Shown: in pieces, positions 1 through 10,056 of the stretch
Layout of the letters: every line of letters starts with the position of its first letter
How positions within the stretch are numbered: the stretch's first letter is position 1
NCBI GenBank assembly: GCA_003223995.1
Contig: QHYA01000062.1
Location: 1 to 47,105 of the forward strand
Direction of reading: 5' to 3'
DNA length: 47,105 nucleotides
Source of the DNA: Acidobacteriota bacterium
GTDB lineage: Bacteria > Acidobacteriota > Polarisedimenticolia > QHYA01
Notes under the pieces: generated by a model
Databases searched by the model: none
What the model was told of the DNA's origin: nothing
Seen by the model: only the letters and a program-made list of their open reading frames with translations
Translations under genes and position numbers: made by a program

Positions 1-2
1 GC

Positions 3-3000
3 GACGCCGTGCCGACGAACACCACCTACGTCCCGGGCAGCACGACCCTGAACGGCGTGCCGGTCGCGGACGTCGGGGGCCTGTCGCCGCTCGTGAACGG
101 CCTGCTCATCCACCCGCCGTCGAATCCGACGCCGGGCGTGATGCCCGCCGACCCGTCCGGCAGCCCGCCCAACACCGCCACCATCACCTTCGACGTGGTC
201 GTGAGTCCGACCGTCCCCAACGGCACGGTGATCTCGAACCAGGGCTTCGTCACCGCCCTCGCCGGCGGAATCGTCGACCAGCCGTCCGACGACCCGGACA
301 CGCCCATCCCCAACGATCCGACGCGCGACATCGTCGGCAACAACCCCCTGCTGTACGCCGTGAAGAGCGTCGCGCTCCTGGTGGATCTCGGCACGCCGGG
401 CGTCGTCGATCCGGGGGACACGCTCCGTTACACGATCACGGTGCAGAACTCCGCGGCGATCGCCGCCACGGGCGTCGTCTTGACCGACGCGGTTCCGGCG
501 AACACGACCTACGTCGCGAACACGACGCTTCTCAACGGCCTGCCGGTCGGGCAGCCGGACGGCGGCGTTGCCCCGCTCGCCTCCGGCATCAACATCGCCT
601 CGTCGGACCTGACGCCGCCGCTGCCGGGTCCCGGCGCCGGCACGATCTCGCCCGGCGCCGCGGCGACTCTGCAGTACGACCTGCGCGTCAACCCCGGGAC
701 GCCCGCCGGCACCCTGATCAGCAACCAGGCCGTGGTGACGAGCACGGGGCAGCCCAACCTGCTCACCGACGGCGACGGCAACCCTGCGAACGGCCCGCAG
801 CCGACGGTCGTCGTGGTAGGAGCTGTGCAGCAGCTTTCCATCACGCAGCAGGTTGTAGTTGTCGGCGGCGGCCCCGCCGTCCCCGGCGCGCCGCTGGAAT
901 ACCTCGTGACCGTGGCGAACATCGCCGCCGTGCCGGCCCTCAGCGTCGTGATCACCGACACCCTCCCCGCCGGCCAGCTCGCCTATGTGCCCGGCTCGGC
1001 GACGATGAACGGCTCTGCGACGGGCGTCAGCTTCGCCGGCTCGACGATCACCGCCGATTACGGGGCCGCCTACGGTCCGCTGGCGCCGGGCGGGACCGTG
1101 ACGCTCCGGTTCCGGGCCGTTCTCGACCCCGCCCTCGCGCTGGGCACGGTGGTCACGAACACCGGCGTGGTCGACTGGAACAACCCCACCCAGACGGCGA
1201 GCGCCAGCGTCTCGATTGTCGTCGGCAACATCCCCGGCTTCGGCGCGCTGAACGGATCGGCGTGGCACGACGCCGACTTCGACGATGTCCGGGATTCCGG
1301 TGAGCGGGCGCTGGCCGGCTGGGCGGTGGACCTGTACCGCAACAACGTGCTGTGGCAGTCGGTTCTGACGGACGCGAACGGCGACTATCACATCATCGGT
1401 GTCGAGCCCAACGACCTCAATGGCGTGCAATACGAGCTGCGGTTCCGCGCGCCGGGCGCGGGCGCGAACACCGCGATGCTCGGCCGGGCCGCTTCGCCGT
1501 TCACCAACGGGATGCAGCGGATCAGCGGCATCGTCGTGCCGTCCGGCGCCAATCTGCAGGGTTTGAACTTACCGATCGATCCGAACGGCATCATCTACAA
1601 CTCGATGGCGCGCGTCCCGGTGGCCGGGGCCACCCTCACTCTGCTGGGTGCCGGCGGCTCTCCCTTGCCGGCGAGCTGCTTCGCCGATGCGGCCCAGCAA
1701 GGGCAGGTCACGCTCGCCTACGGCTATTACAAGTTCGATCTCAACTTCAGCGACCCGGCCTGCCCGAGCGGGGGTGATTACGTCATCGCCGTGACCCCGC
1801 CCGGGGGCACGACCTACGTCGCCGGCTCCTCGCAAATCATCCCGCCGGCCTCCGACGCGACGACCGCGGCGTTCTCGGTGCCCGCCTGCCCGGGCAGCGC
1901 TGCTGATGCCATTCCGAGCACCGCCTCGTACTGCGAGGTACAGGATTCGGAGTTCGCGCCGGCTCCATCGGTTCCGGCACGCAGCGTGGGCACGGTCTAC
2001 GAGCTCCACGTGACGCTGAACAACAGCCAGATGCCGGGCACGAGCGAGATCTTCAACAACCACATCCCCATCGATCCCGTGATCGTCGGCACCATCGCGA
2101 TCTCCAAGACATCGCCGTTGATCAACGTCACCCGCGGGCAGCTGGTTCCCTACGTGATCACCGTCAGCAACCTGGCCGGGACGGGGCTCACCGACGTGGG
2201 CATCGTGGATCGCTTCCCGGCCGGATTCACCTACGTGAAGGGCTCCGCGCTTCTCGACGGCGTGCCGACCGAGCCGACGGTCGTGGGCCTGGACCTCACC
2301 TGGAACGGGCTCGTCTTCGCGGGCCTCCAGACGCGCACGCTGAAGCTGCTGCTCGCAGTGGGAGGCGGCGTCAGCGAGGGCGAATACGTGAACCGCGCCC
2401 AGCTCGTCAACGACATCACCGGAACCCCGATCTCCGGTGTAGCCACCGTCACCGTGCGCGTACTGCCCGATCCGACTTTCGACTGCACCGATGTCACCGG
2501 CAAGGTCTTCAACGACGCCAATCGCAACGGGCGGCAGGACGACGGCGAGAACGGCCTGGCCGGCGTGCGTCTGGTGACGGCCCGGGGCCTGCAGGCGACG
2601 ACGGATCAGTACGGGCGGTACCACATCACCTGCGCCATCACGCCCAACGAGAGCCGCGGCAGCAATTTCGTCCTGAAGCTCGACGACCGGACCCTGCCGA
2701 GCGGCTTCCGGATGTCGACCGACCAGCTGCAGATCAAGCGCGCCACGCGGGGCAAGGCCCTGCGGCTCAATTTCGGTGCGTCGATACACCACGTGGTCGC
2801 CATCGACCTGTCCGATGCGGCGTTCGAGCCGAACTCGACCGAAATCCGCGCCCAGTGGCGGCCACGCCTCGACTTGCTGCTCGTGGAGCTGCGCAAGGCG
2901 CCGGCGGTGCTGCGCCTGTCCTACGTGGCCGACACGGAGGATGCGGCGCTGGTCGATCGGCGCGTGAAAGCGGTCAAGCAGCAGGTGATGGAGGCCTGGG

Positions 3001-3098
3001 ACGCGGCGAGCTACCCGCTCACCATCGAGCCTGAAATCTTCTGGCGGAAAGGCGCCCCGCCCAGGCATCGCAACGCGCGCCTGTCGGGCGGCAGGTGA
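3..3098 (+). CDS. Large repeat-containing surface/adhesin-like protein, C-terminal ~1031 codons only (5' end outside window). DUF11 'conserved repeat domain' units plus SdrD/Cna-B-type repeats.
   Basis: The frame is open from nt 3 (DAVPTNTTYVPGSTTLNGVPV), so the window starts inside a repeat. The motif (L)TDAVPANTTYV..T.LNG.PV recurs (LTDAVPANTTYVANTTLLNGLPV, TDTLPAGQLAYVPGSATMNG, VDRFPAGFTYVKGSALLDGVP), as in DUF11/TIGR01451 repeats. DANGDYHI and NDANRNGRQDDGENGLAGVRL..TDQYGRYHI resemble SdrD B-like/Cna-B repeats. The TGA stop at 3096-3098 overlaps the GTG of the next gene. Confidence 0.8.
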   Translation, partial: DAVPTNTTYVPGSTTLNGVPVADVGGLSPLVNGLLIHPPSNPTPGVMPADPSGSPPNTATITFDVVVSPTVPNGTVISNQGFVTALAGGIVDQPSDDPDTPIPNDPTRDIVGNNPLLYAVKSVALLVDLGTPGVVDPGDTLRYTITVQNSAAIAATGVVLTDAVPANTTYVANTTLLNGLPVGQPDGGVAPLASGINIASSDLTPPLPGPGAGTISPGAAATLQYDLRVNPGTPAGTLISNQAVVTSTGQPNLLTDGDGNPANGPQPTVVVVGAVQQLSITQQVVVVGGGPAVPGAPLEYLVTVANIAAVPALSVVITDTLPAGQLAYVPGSATMNGSATGVSFAGSTITADYGAAYGPLAPGGTVTLRFRAVLDPALALGTVVTNTGVVDWNNPTQTASASVSIVVGNIPGFGALNGSAWHDADFDDVRDSGERALAGWAVDLYRNNVLWQSVLTDANGDYHIIGVEPNDLNGVQYELRFRAPGAGANTAMLGRAASPFTNGMQRISGIVVPSGANLQGLNLPIDPNGIIYNSMARVPVAGATLTLLGAGGSPLPASCFADAAQQGQVTLAYGYYKFDLNFSDPACPSGGDYVIAVTPPGGTTYVAGSSQIIPPASDATTAAFSVPACPGSAADAIPSTASYCEVQDSEFAPAPSVPARSVGTVYELHVTLNNSQMPGTSEIFNNHIPIDPVIVGTIAISKTSPLINVTRGQLVPYVITVSNLAGTGLTDVGIVDRFPAGFTYVKGSALLDGVPTEPTVVGLDLTWNGLVFAGLQTRTLKLLLAVGGGVSEGEYVNRAQLVNDITGTPISGVATVTVRVLPDPTFDCTDVTGKVFNDANRNGRQDDGENGLAGVRLVTARGLQATTDQYGRYHITCAITPNESRGSNFVLKLDDRTLPSGFRMSTDQLQIKRATRGKALRLNFGASIHHVVAIDLSDAAFEPNSTEIRAQWRPRLDLLLVELRKAPAVLRLSYVADTEDAALVDRRVKAVKQQVMEAWDAASYPLTIEPEIFWRKGAPPRHRNARLSGGR

Positions 3099-6000
3099 AC
3101 GGCATGAACAACCACCGCCATCTACTGCTGATCGCCGGATTGCTGATGACGGCCTCCGTCGTCGTCGCCCAGGTCGCCGAGACCAAGCCGGCCGAGCAGG
3201 TCGAGCGGCATCTCTCCTCCGACCAGAAGTTCCAGCTATGGTCGCAGGACCCGAAGCAGCTCGACAGCGAGCGTGGCGATCGGATCGAGACCCGGCAGGT
3301 CACGGGCGAGAAGCTCGAGACCGTCAAGCTGAAGAACGTCGTTCCGCCAATCCATTTCGAATCGGGTGTGGCGAAGATCCCTCCCGATTACGTCGACAAG
3401 CTCGCCAGGATCCTCGAGAGCGTGCGGTACCGCAAAAACGTCCGCCTCCACTTCGTCGGGCACGCGGACTCACAGCGGCTTTCCGAAGGGCTGGTGCGCG
3501 TCTTCGGGGACAACGTGGGCCTCTCCCGGGAGCGCGCCGGCGAGGTGGCCGAGTACTTCAAGAAGACGCTCGGGCTGCCGTCCGAAGCCATCACCTACGA
3601 GTGGGCCGGCGACACGCAGCCCATCGCCTCGAATCAGACCGAAGAGGGCCGGGCCCTCAACCGTCGCGTCGAGACGGAGGTCTGGTACGACGAAGTCCGG
3701 GAGGCCCCCAAGGAAGAGGAGGTCGTCGTCGCCGACGACATCAAGCGCATCAAGGTCTGCCGGATGGAGACCGTCTGCAAGCTGCGGTACAAGGAAGGCC
3801 AGGAGCGACGTGCGCGCGTCAGGAACCTCGTCGTGCCTCTGCGGTACGAGGACGACACCACTCCCATTTCCGAGGCATTCATCCAGCAGATCCGGCAGGC
3901 GCTCTCCAACCTGCATGACAAGCAGAACCTGAAGGTCAAATTCATCGGCTACACCGACGACGCGCCGCTGACCGCCCGCGACGAGCGCATCTACGGAGAC
4001 CAGCTGTCGCTCTCGAAAGCCAGAGCCCGCCGCGTTGCGCTGGCCATGAAGGAAGCCCTGCAATCGCCGATCTCGGCGATCGACAGCGACGGTCGCGGCG
4101 CCTCACAGCCCGTCGCCTCCAACGAGACCGTGCAGGGGCGGGCCTTGAATCGTCGCGTCGAGGTGGAGTTCTGGTACGACGATCCTCTCCAGGAGCTGCC
4201 GGACGAGCCGCAGCTCTGTCCCGGCGATGCCGGCGAGGAGATGGTGACCAAGGTTTACGATCCCCCCTGGGGCCCGCTCGCGGAGCTCGAGCTCGTGAAC
4301 GGCCAGCCGATCATTCCGCCCGGCTACGCGGCGCAGCTGCATCGGGCGCTGGCGGACATCGCGGATCGGATCAACGCGCGGGTGCGGTTCGTCGGCTACA
4401 CGAAGAACGAGCGCCTCGACCGCCGCACCGCGTCCGTGTACGGCGACGACATCGGACTTTCCTCGGCGCGGGCGCGCCGCGCCATGGAAATGGTCGTGCA
4501 GGATCCGCAGCTGGCGGGCGCCCGATCCGAGCACGAAGGGCGCGGCTACGTCCAGTCCGACGACGTCGTGAACGCCGGCTTCATTCAGGGGGAAAGGTCG
4601 TTCGTGCGCACGCAGGTCGTGTATGACGAGCCCATGCCGCTCGACGATTACGAAGGCGTGGACATCACGCGCATCACCCGGGAGGTCCCCACGAAGAGCC
4701 CCTACGAGCTCAACGTGATGCGCATCACCGTCGACGGCAAGCCGATCGACGACCCCGGCCGCAGCTCTTCCGACATCCAGCGCTGCACCGACGTCGCCCT
4801 CGACCAGGCCAAGATCCAGTTCCGCTTCGACAATCTCGAGTCGCGACCGCGTCTCGGCGTCGCGGCGCATCCCGTCGCCGTGGCGGTGAGCCCCGACGGC
4901 GCGCCGGCATCGGTCGTGCATTTCCAGATGTACAACAACTATGCGAGCTTCATCCAGCGCGCCGAAGTCCGGATCTTCAATCAAGAGCAGTCGCTGCAGG
5001 CCGTGCCGCTCGAGACCATCCCGGTCGACGGGACGGGACTGGCGGAGTGGCAGCCGCCCGCGGGAAGTCTCCCGGGACCGGTCCGCGAGCTCAAGTTCGT
5101 GCTGCGCGCCTACGATGCGAAGGACCATTTCGACGAAACGGAAGCGCATCAGCTGTGGCTGGTCCGCGAGTCGACTGAAGCCGTGGTGACCTCCGCCGAC
5201 CAGAAGCCCGCGGAAGGTGCGGAGGGCGCCGCTCCCGCGGCGGTCCCGACCGCGCCCCCGAGCGAGCTACTGGCCGCCTACGGCGAGAGCGACCTGGCGC
5301 GCCATCAGATTCCGATGGACGGCGGAACGGTGAGGGTGCAGGGCAGCGGCATTCCCCCGGGCCACACGGTGTGGATGGCGGGCCACCAGGTTCCGGTCGA
5401 CCCGCAGGGCAACTTCGTCGCGGAGGAGATCCTTCCGGTCGGCGCGCATACGGTCGAGGTGGCGGTGCTCGACGATGGGGGCAACGGCTCGCTCTATCTT
5501 CGCGACCTCGAGTTCAAGCGCACCGATCTCTTCTACGTCGGCGTCGCCGAACTCACGGTGTCCTCGAACAGCTCGAGCGGGCCGGCGGAGCAGCTGCAAG
5601 GCGAGAATGCTCCGCAGCCTTTCGATTCCTCGGTCGATGGCCGCCTGGCCTTCTACCTGAACGGCAAGCTCAACGAGAACTGGCGATTGACGGCAAGCGC
5701 GGATACGCGCGAAGGCCCGGTGGAGGACCTGTTCAGCAACTTCCTCGACAAGTCGCCCGATGCCCTGTTCCGGCGCTTCGACCCCGATCATCACTCGCCG
5801 ACGTTCGGCGACGACGGTGTCGTGGAGGAAATGGCGCCGACGCTCGGCAAGTTCTACGTCAAGGCGAGCCGTGGCGAGAATTACGGGATGTGGGGAAACT
5901 TCAAGGTCGACTACCTGGGCAACGAGCTGGCCCAGGTCGATCGCGGCCTGTACGGCGCCAACGTGCACTATGCGTCCCAAGCCACTACAAGCTTCGGCGA

Positions 6001-8209
6001 GCGAAAAGCCTCGGTCGATGGTTTCGCCGCCGAGCCCGGAACGGTGGGAAGCTTCGAAGAATTCCGCGGAACCGGCGGGTCGCTCTACTTCCTGCGCCAC
6101 CAGGACATCCTGACAGGCTCCGAGCGCGTGCGCATCGAGATCCGGGACAAGGACTCACACATCGTGACGGGCGTGGTCAACCTGCGTCCCGGCATCGACT
6201 ACGACATCGACTACCTGCAGGGCCGGCTGCTGCTTTCCGCGCCGCTGTCGTCGACGGCCGACGACAACCTGCTGGTGCGCACCAGCGGCCTGAGCGGCGA
6301 CGAGGCCTTCCTGGTGGCGCGCTACGAGTTCACGCCCGGTTTCGGCGACCTGGACGCGATGGCGGCCGGCGGCCAGGGCCATTACTGGTTTGGCGACCAC
6401 GTGCGGCTCGGAGTGACCGCCAACTCCAACAACGAAGGGGATGTCGACAGCAACCTCGGCGCTGCGGATCTGACCTTGCGAAAGAGCACCGATTCCTGGT
6501 TCAAGGTGCAGGCGGGCCGGAGCGAGGGTCTCGTTTCCAGCTCGCTGCAGTCCAATGACGGCGGATTCGGCTTCTCCGGCTTCGACCCCGTGTCGTTCAC
6601 CGATGCGTCGGCGGATGCCTATCGCGCCGACGCGAGCGTCGGGTTCGGCGACTTCTTCTCGGGAGCCAAGGGTCGACTCACTCTCTATGCACAGAACCGC
6701 GACGCCGGCTACTCGGCGCAGGGCCAGTCGACGATCAGGAACACCGAGCAATACGGCGGCACGTTCAGGATGCCCGTGACGAGCTGCCTGAGCGTGGCGG
6801 CCAAGGGCGATCAGAGCACCGAAGATCAGGCGCTCGAGCACCGTGCGCTCGAGCTGAACCTTGGTTACAAGCTGACCGACACATGGAGCGTCAGCAGCGG
6901 CGTGCGGAACGATCTGCGGGAGGATCACTCGCCGGTCGTTCCGTTGACCCAGAACCAGGGCGAGCGCACGGACGCGGTCGTGCAGGTGGCGTTCGATCCG
7001 GGCGCGGCATGGCGCGCCTATGGCTTCGTCCAGGAAACGGTCGCGTCCAGCGGCGGCCGTCAAGACAATGGGCGCATCGGCGCTGGCGGCTCCTATCGCC
7101 TGACGAAACGCTTCAAGCTCGACGGGGAGGTTTCCGATGGTGACCTTGGGTCCGGCGGCAGACTGGGCACCAGCTTCCTGGCTTCCGAGCGGACCAATCT
7201 CTACCTGAACTACCTGCTGGAGAACGACCGGACGGACAGCGGCGTGCCGGTCCGTCAGGGGAGCCTGGTCGCGGGCGTCAAGCAAAGGCTCTCCGACGCC
7301 TCCAGCGTCTACCTCGAGGAGCGTCGCCAGGATGCGGGAACCCAGACCGGCCTCACGCACGCCGCCGGAGTCAACCTCGTGGCGAATGAGCGCTGGAATT
7401 TCGGCGCCAGCGCAGAGTACGGCACGCTGCTCGATGCGCGGACCGACGCCGAGACCGCCCGCAGGGCGGTCGGAGTCCGCATGGGTTACAGCAAGGAGAC
7501 CGTGCAGCTCACCAGCGCGATCGAGTATCGCCGGGATGACGCGGAGCAGCCCGACACGTCACGCGTCGAGAGGACCGCGTGGCTGTTCCGTAACAGCTTC
7601 AAGTTCCAGCTGACGCCGGACTGGCGCGTAGTCGGAAAGCTGAACCACTCGTTCAGTGACAGCTCGCTCGGCGAATTCCACAACGGCGGCTACACCGAGG
7701 CCGTGGTCGGCTACGCGTACCGTCCGGTGCGGCACGACCGGCTGAGCGCCCTGGTCAAGTTCACGTACTTCTACAACTTCCCGACTGCGGGCCAGGTAGG
7801 GGCGCTGAACATCCCGACCGGGTTCATTCAGAAGAGCCGCATCGCGGCGCTCGATCTTACCTACGACCTTACGGCCGACTGGTCGATCGGCGGAAAGTAC
7901 GCCTACCGCCTGGGACAGGTGAGCCTCGTTCGCGAGAATCCGAAGTTCTTCGACAACACCTCGCACCTCGTGGTGTTGCGTGCGGACTGGCGGTTCTACA
8001 AGAACTGGGAGGGCCTGGTCGAGGGGCGAATGCTTGACCTCCCGGATGTCAGTCAACGCCGGAGCGGCGCGCTGGGCGCGATCTATCGTTACCTCGGCAA
8101 GCACCTGAAGGTCGGCGCAGGCTACAATTTCACCGACTTCTCAGACGACCTGACCGACCTGAGCTACGACCACCAAGGCGCATTCGTCAATCTCATCGGG
8201 ACCATGTGA
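3095..8209 (+). CDS. Giant outer-membrane protein: signal peptide, three tandem OmpA-C-like peptidoglycan-binding domains, long middle region and a C-terminal beta-barrel-like domain
   Basis: The N-terminus MNNHRHLLLIAGLLMTASVVVAQVAE is signal-peptide-like. There are three copies of the OmpA/MotB C-terminal signature (HFVGHADSQ...LSRERAGEVAEYF...GDTQPIASNQTEEGRALNRRVETEVWYD; FIGYTDDAP...LSKARARRVALAM...GASQPVASNETVQGRALNRRVEVEFWYDD; FVGYTKNER...LSSARARRAMEMV). The last ~700 aa are G/Y/D/N/S-rich with an alternating strand pattern and end in ..YNFTDFSDDLTDLSYDHQGAFVNLIGTM. The GTG at 3095 overlaps the upstream stop (GTGA). An alternative ATG lies at 3104. Confidence 0.85.
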   Translation: MNGMNNHRHLLLIAGLLMTASVVVAQVAETKPAEQVERHLSSDQKFQLWSQDPKQLDSERGDRIETRQVTGEKLETVKLKNVVPPIHFESGVAKIPPDYVDKLARILESVRYRKNVRLHFVGHADSQRLSEGLVRVFGDNVGLSRERAGEVAEYFKKTLGLPSEAITYEWAGDTQPIASNQTEEGRALNRRVETEVWYDEVREAPKEEEVVVADDIKRIKVCRMETVCKLRYKEGQERRARVRNLVVPLRYEDDTTPISEAFIQQIRQALSNLHDKQNLKVKFIGYTDDAPLTARDERIYGDQLSLSKARARRVALAMKEALQSPISAIDSDGRGASQPVASNETVQGRALNRRVEVEFWYDDPLQELPDEPQLCPGDAGEEMVTKVYDPPWGPLAELELVNGQPIIPPGYAAQLHRALADIADRINARVRFVGYTKNERLDRRTASVYGDDIGLSSARARRAMEMVVQDPQLAGARSEHEGRGYVQSDDVVNAGFIQGERSFVRTQVVYDEPMPLDDYEGVDITRITREVPTKSPYELNVMRITVDGKPIDDPGRSSSDIQRCTDVALDQAKIQFRFDNLESRPRLGVAAHPVAVAVSPDGAPASVVHFQMYNNYASFIQRAEVRIFNQEQSLQAVPLETIPVDGTGLAEWQPPAGSLPGPVRELKFVLRAYDAKDHFDETEAHQLWLVRESTEAVVTSADQKPAEGAEGAAPAAVPTAPPSELLAAYGESDLARHQIPMDGGTVRVQGSGIPPGHTVWMAGHQVPVDPQGNFVAEEILPVGAHTVEVAVLDDGGNGSLYLRDLEFKRTDLFYVGVAELTVSSNSSSGPAEQLQGENAPQPFDSSVDGRLAFYLNGKLNENWRLTASADTREGPVEDLFSNFLDKSPDALFRRFDPDHHSPTFGDDGVVEEMAPTLGKFYVKASRGENYGMWGNFKVDYLGNELAQVDRGLYGANVHYASQATTSFGERKASVDGFAAEPGTVGSFEEFRGTGGSLYFLRHQDILTGSERVRIEIRDKDSHIVTGVVNLRPGIDYDIDYLQGRLLLSAPLSSTADDNLLVRTSGLSGDEAFLVARYEFTPGFGDLDAMAAGGQGHYWFGDHVRLGVTANSNNEGDVDSNLGAADLTLRKSTDSWFKVQAGRSEGLVSSSLQSNDGGFGFSGFDPVSFTDASADAYRADASVGFGDFFSGAKGRLTLYAQNRDAGYSAQGQSTIRNTEQYGGTFRMPVTSCLSVAAKGDQSTEDQALEHRALELNLGYKLTDTWSVSSGVRNDLREDHSPVVPLTQNQGERTDAVVQVAFDPGAAWRAYGFVQETVASSGGRQDNGRIGAGGSYRLTKRFKLDGEVSDGDLGSGGRLGTSFLASERTNLYLNYLLENDRTDSGVPVRQGSLVAGVKQRLSDASSVYLEERRQDAGTQTGLTHAAGVNLVANERWNFGASAEYGTLLDARTDAETARRAVGVRMGYSKETVQLTSAIEYRRDDAEQPDTSRVERTAWLFRNSFKFQLTPDWRVVGKLNHSFSDSSLGEFHNGGYTEAVVGYAYRPVRHDRLSALVKFTYFYNFPTAGQVGALNIPTGFIQKSRIAALDLTYDLTADWSIGGKYAYRLGQVSLVRENPKFFDNTSHLVVLRADWRFYKNWEGLVEGRMLDLPDVSQRRSGALGAIYRYLGKHLKVGAGYNFTDFSDDLTDLSYDHQGAFVNLIGTM

Positions 8210-8272
8210 CGACCCGCGTGGCGATCTTCGCATCGGCTACGATCCGCCGCCGGCGGCTACGCCACGGTTGAT

Positions 8273-8292
8273 CCGCCGCGACGGCGGTTTCT
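8273..8292 (+). terminator. Putative intrinsic terminator after the giant OMP gene
   Basis: CCGCCG-cga-CGGCGG (6-bp GC stem, 3-nt loop) followed by TTTCT, 64 nt after the stop at 8209. The stem is short, so confidence is modest. Confidence 0.4.
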
Positions 8293-8507
8293 AGGAGATC
8301 GCCAGCTCAGGGCGGTGGTTCGGTGACACCTGACCGAGGGTAGGGCTCCGCGGACTTCCTCGATGCGCGAGGAAATCTACTGATTCGAAGATATGATCGA
8401 TCAGTCGGCATCGACGGTAGCGTGCTCCGCCTCCACCAAGAAGATTTTCAGTTGTCCGCCAGCAATGCTTGTTGTACTCTCACCGCTCCTGTTGAAACCC
8501 ACCTCGC

Positions 8508-8601
8508 GGAGAGGTGCTGGAGTGGCCGAACAGGGCTGCCTGCTAAGCAGTTACACGGGCTAAAACTCGTGTCGAGGGTTCGAATCCCTCCCTCTCCGCC
8601 A
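8508..8601 (+). tRNA. tRNA-Ser (anticodon GCT), CCA encoded
   Basis: GGAGAGG...CCTCTCC-G-CCA forms the acceptor stem. The anticodon stem GCTGC/GCAGT has the loop CTGCTAA, giving anticodon GCT. There is a long variable arm (ACACG...CGTGT) and a T-arm GAGGG-TTCGAATC-CCTCC. Confidence 0.93.
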
Positions 8602-8715
8602 TCTTTCTCGAATCCCGAACGATTGTGGAGCAGGGAAAGGTGCACTCCCGCATCTCGAGCCCATCAAGAGCTGCGCTTCTTCACCAACACGAAACGTATC
8701 TGTTTACCGGGTTTT

Positions 8716-10056
8716 TCATGAAGTGGTCGGTCCAAGTCCCGGCGGAACGACGGGTTCAGCCGTTCGTAGCATCGTGACGAGAAGATCGGAGGCGTTGAGT
8801 CCTCTTTGTGCTGCCGTTCGCAGTATGGAAGCAAGGACCTGCTGTGTCTCCGCCCCTCGCTCTGTTCGGTTGCCTCCACCGCAGACCTTGCGAGTGATGA
8901 CGCTTCCGCGAATCGCCTGCTCCGCTCGCCAGTTGGTTGCATCCACCTCTGGATGAAAGAGGAAGGTGAAGATGGCTGTGAATTCTCTGGCCAGATGGTT
9001 GGCGAAGCGCTCGACATCGGGCACCGTGCTCGATTGCTCGACCACGCTCACGAGTTCCTCCGCCAGCCGACCCCGAGCGACGGCAAGGCCGTGAGGGGAG
9101 ATTTCCCCGATATCACGCCGATCACGCAACTGCAGGGCCTTCTGCAGGACCTCCTTGACCCGGGCGGGCAGTGGTGCCCGGGGATGATCGGCCAAGATGG
9201 CAGCCGCTTCCTCATACCCTCTCCCGGGCGCGATCGAATAGACGGTGGTATCGCGCGTGACGAAAACGTGCAGCCACCACAACACCGCGGCGACCTTCCA
9301 GCCGGTCTCATCAGGCGTGACCGTCGGACTGCCGCGTATCTGATCGCAGAGCGCCTCATAGCTCGGCCTCGCTCGGTCCGCCACCCGATGAAGCGCTCGA
9401 ACCAGTCCGCCGCGGCTCACCCGCAGTCCGAACCGCTCCTGCATCAGGGTGACGATCTTGCCGAAGGACAGACCGAGTTGCTTGTTCAGAAACGCGACGA
9501 AAGCCACCGCCTGGGGACCGATCTGAATCGCGGCGGCGCCCAGGGCATCGGAGGTCTGCAAGGGATGGCGCCCCTGAAGGCGCCGATGGCACCCGCGGCA
9601 AGAGCCGATGTGAACATTGAACTGGCGCACGATCGGACGGACAGGCGGGATGTCCTCTTGATACTGAGCGACGACGCTCTCCTTCCGGACGTCTTCACCG
9701 CAGTCCGGACAAGCATCGGGGAGAGGCGCCTCGTAGATCTCGTCCACCTGCTTCGGAGTCGGGCGTTTACCTCGACGCCCATAGGCACGGCCCGGCTTGC
9801 GGCCGGGACGGCGGGGGTCGCGCTTGGGTTCCCCTCTTGAGAACGGCGCTGCCTGGCGGAATCCCGCACGCCGAGCTGCGTCGAGCTGCTTCTTCAAGCG
9901 CTCGTTTTCTCGGCGGAGCCGCACGTTCTCACGGCGCAACTTCTCGCGCTCGTGCTGGACACGCTCGAGGTCCCTACGAAGACGCTGGATGCCGCCCTCG
10001 TCTTTGCTGTCTTGAGGGACCGGAGGAAGCGATGGCCTGCGGCGTCGGGCACTCAC
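8716..10056 (-). CDS. IS66-family transposase (single-ORF type), apparently internally deleted and probably inactive
   Basis: N-terminal leucine-zipper-like coiled coil (LRRENVRLRRENERLKKQLD), CPDCG zinc-finger motif, first DDE region TPDETGWKV...WWLHVF and a C-terminal FLF.P.VDATNW.AEQAIR..VI.RKV.GGNRTERGA tail, all typical of IS66 transposases. The segment that normally carries ..G.L.SDGW.AY....CLAH..RR.. is missing: the sequence jumps from EEAAAIL to ADHPRAPLPARVKEVLQKALQLRDR. GTG start with AAGGAG 3 nt upstream. Confidence 0.8.
   Translation of the reverse strand: MSARRRRPSLPPVPQDSKDEGGIQRLRRDLERVQHEREKLRRENVRLRRENERLKKQLDAARRAGFRQAAPFSRGEPKRDPRRPGRKPGRAYGRRGKRPTPKQVDEIYEAPLPDACPDCGEDVRKESVVAQYQEDIPPVRPIVRQFNVHIGSCRGCHRRLQGRHPLQTSDALGAAAIQIGPQAVAFVAFLNKQLGLSFGKIVTLMQERFGLRVSRGGLVRALHRVADRARPSYEALCDQIRGSPTVTPDETGWKVAAVLWWLHVFVTRDTTVYSIAPGRGYEEAAAILADHPRAPLPARVKEVLQKALQLRDRRDIGEISPHGLAVARGRLAEELVSVVEQSSTVPDVERFANHLAREFTAIFTFLFHPEVDATNWRAEQAIRGSVITRKVCGGGNRTERGAETQQVLASILRTAAQRGLNASDLLVTMLRTAEPVVPPGLGPTTS

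Noticed and set aside
1569-7360. Several long minus-strand ORFs (1569-3068, 4103-5149, 5267-6100, 6155-7360) and plus-strand alternative-frame ORFs inside the two giant genes
   Set aside because: All are antisense or out of frame relative to ORFs with clear DUF11/OmpA motifs. They are a high-GC artefact.
8422-8721. 99-codon ORF spanning tRNA-Ser
   Set aside because: It overlaps a well-formed tRNA gene on the same strand and has no RBS or family signal.
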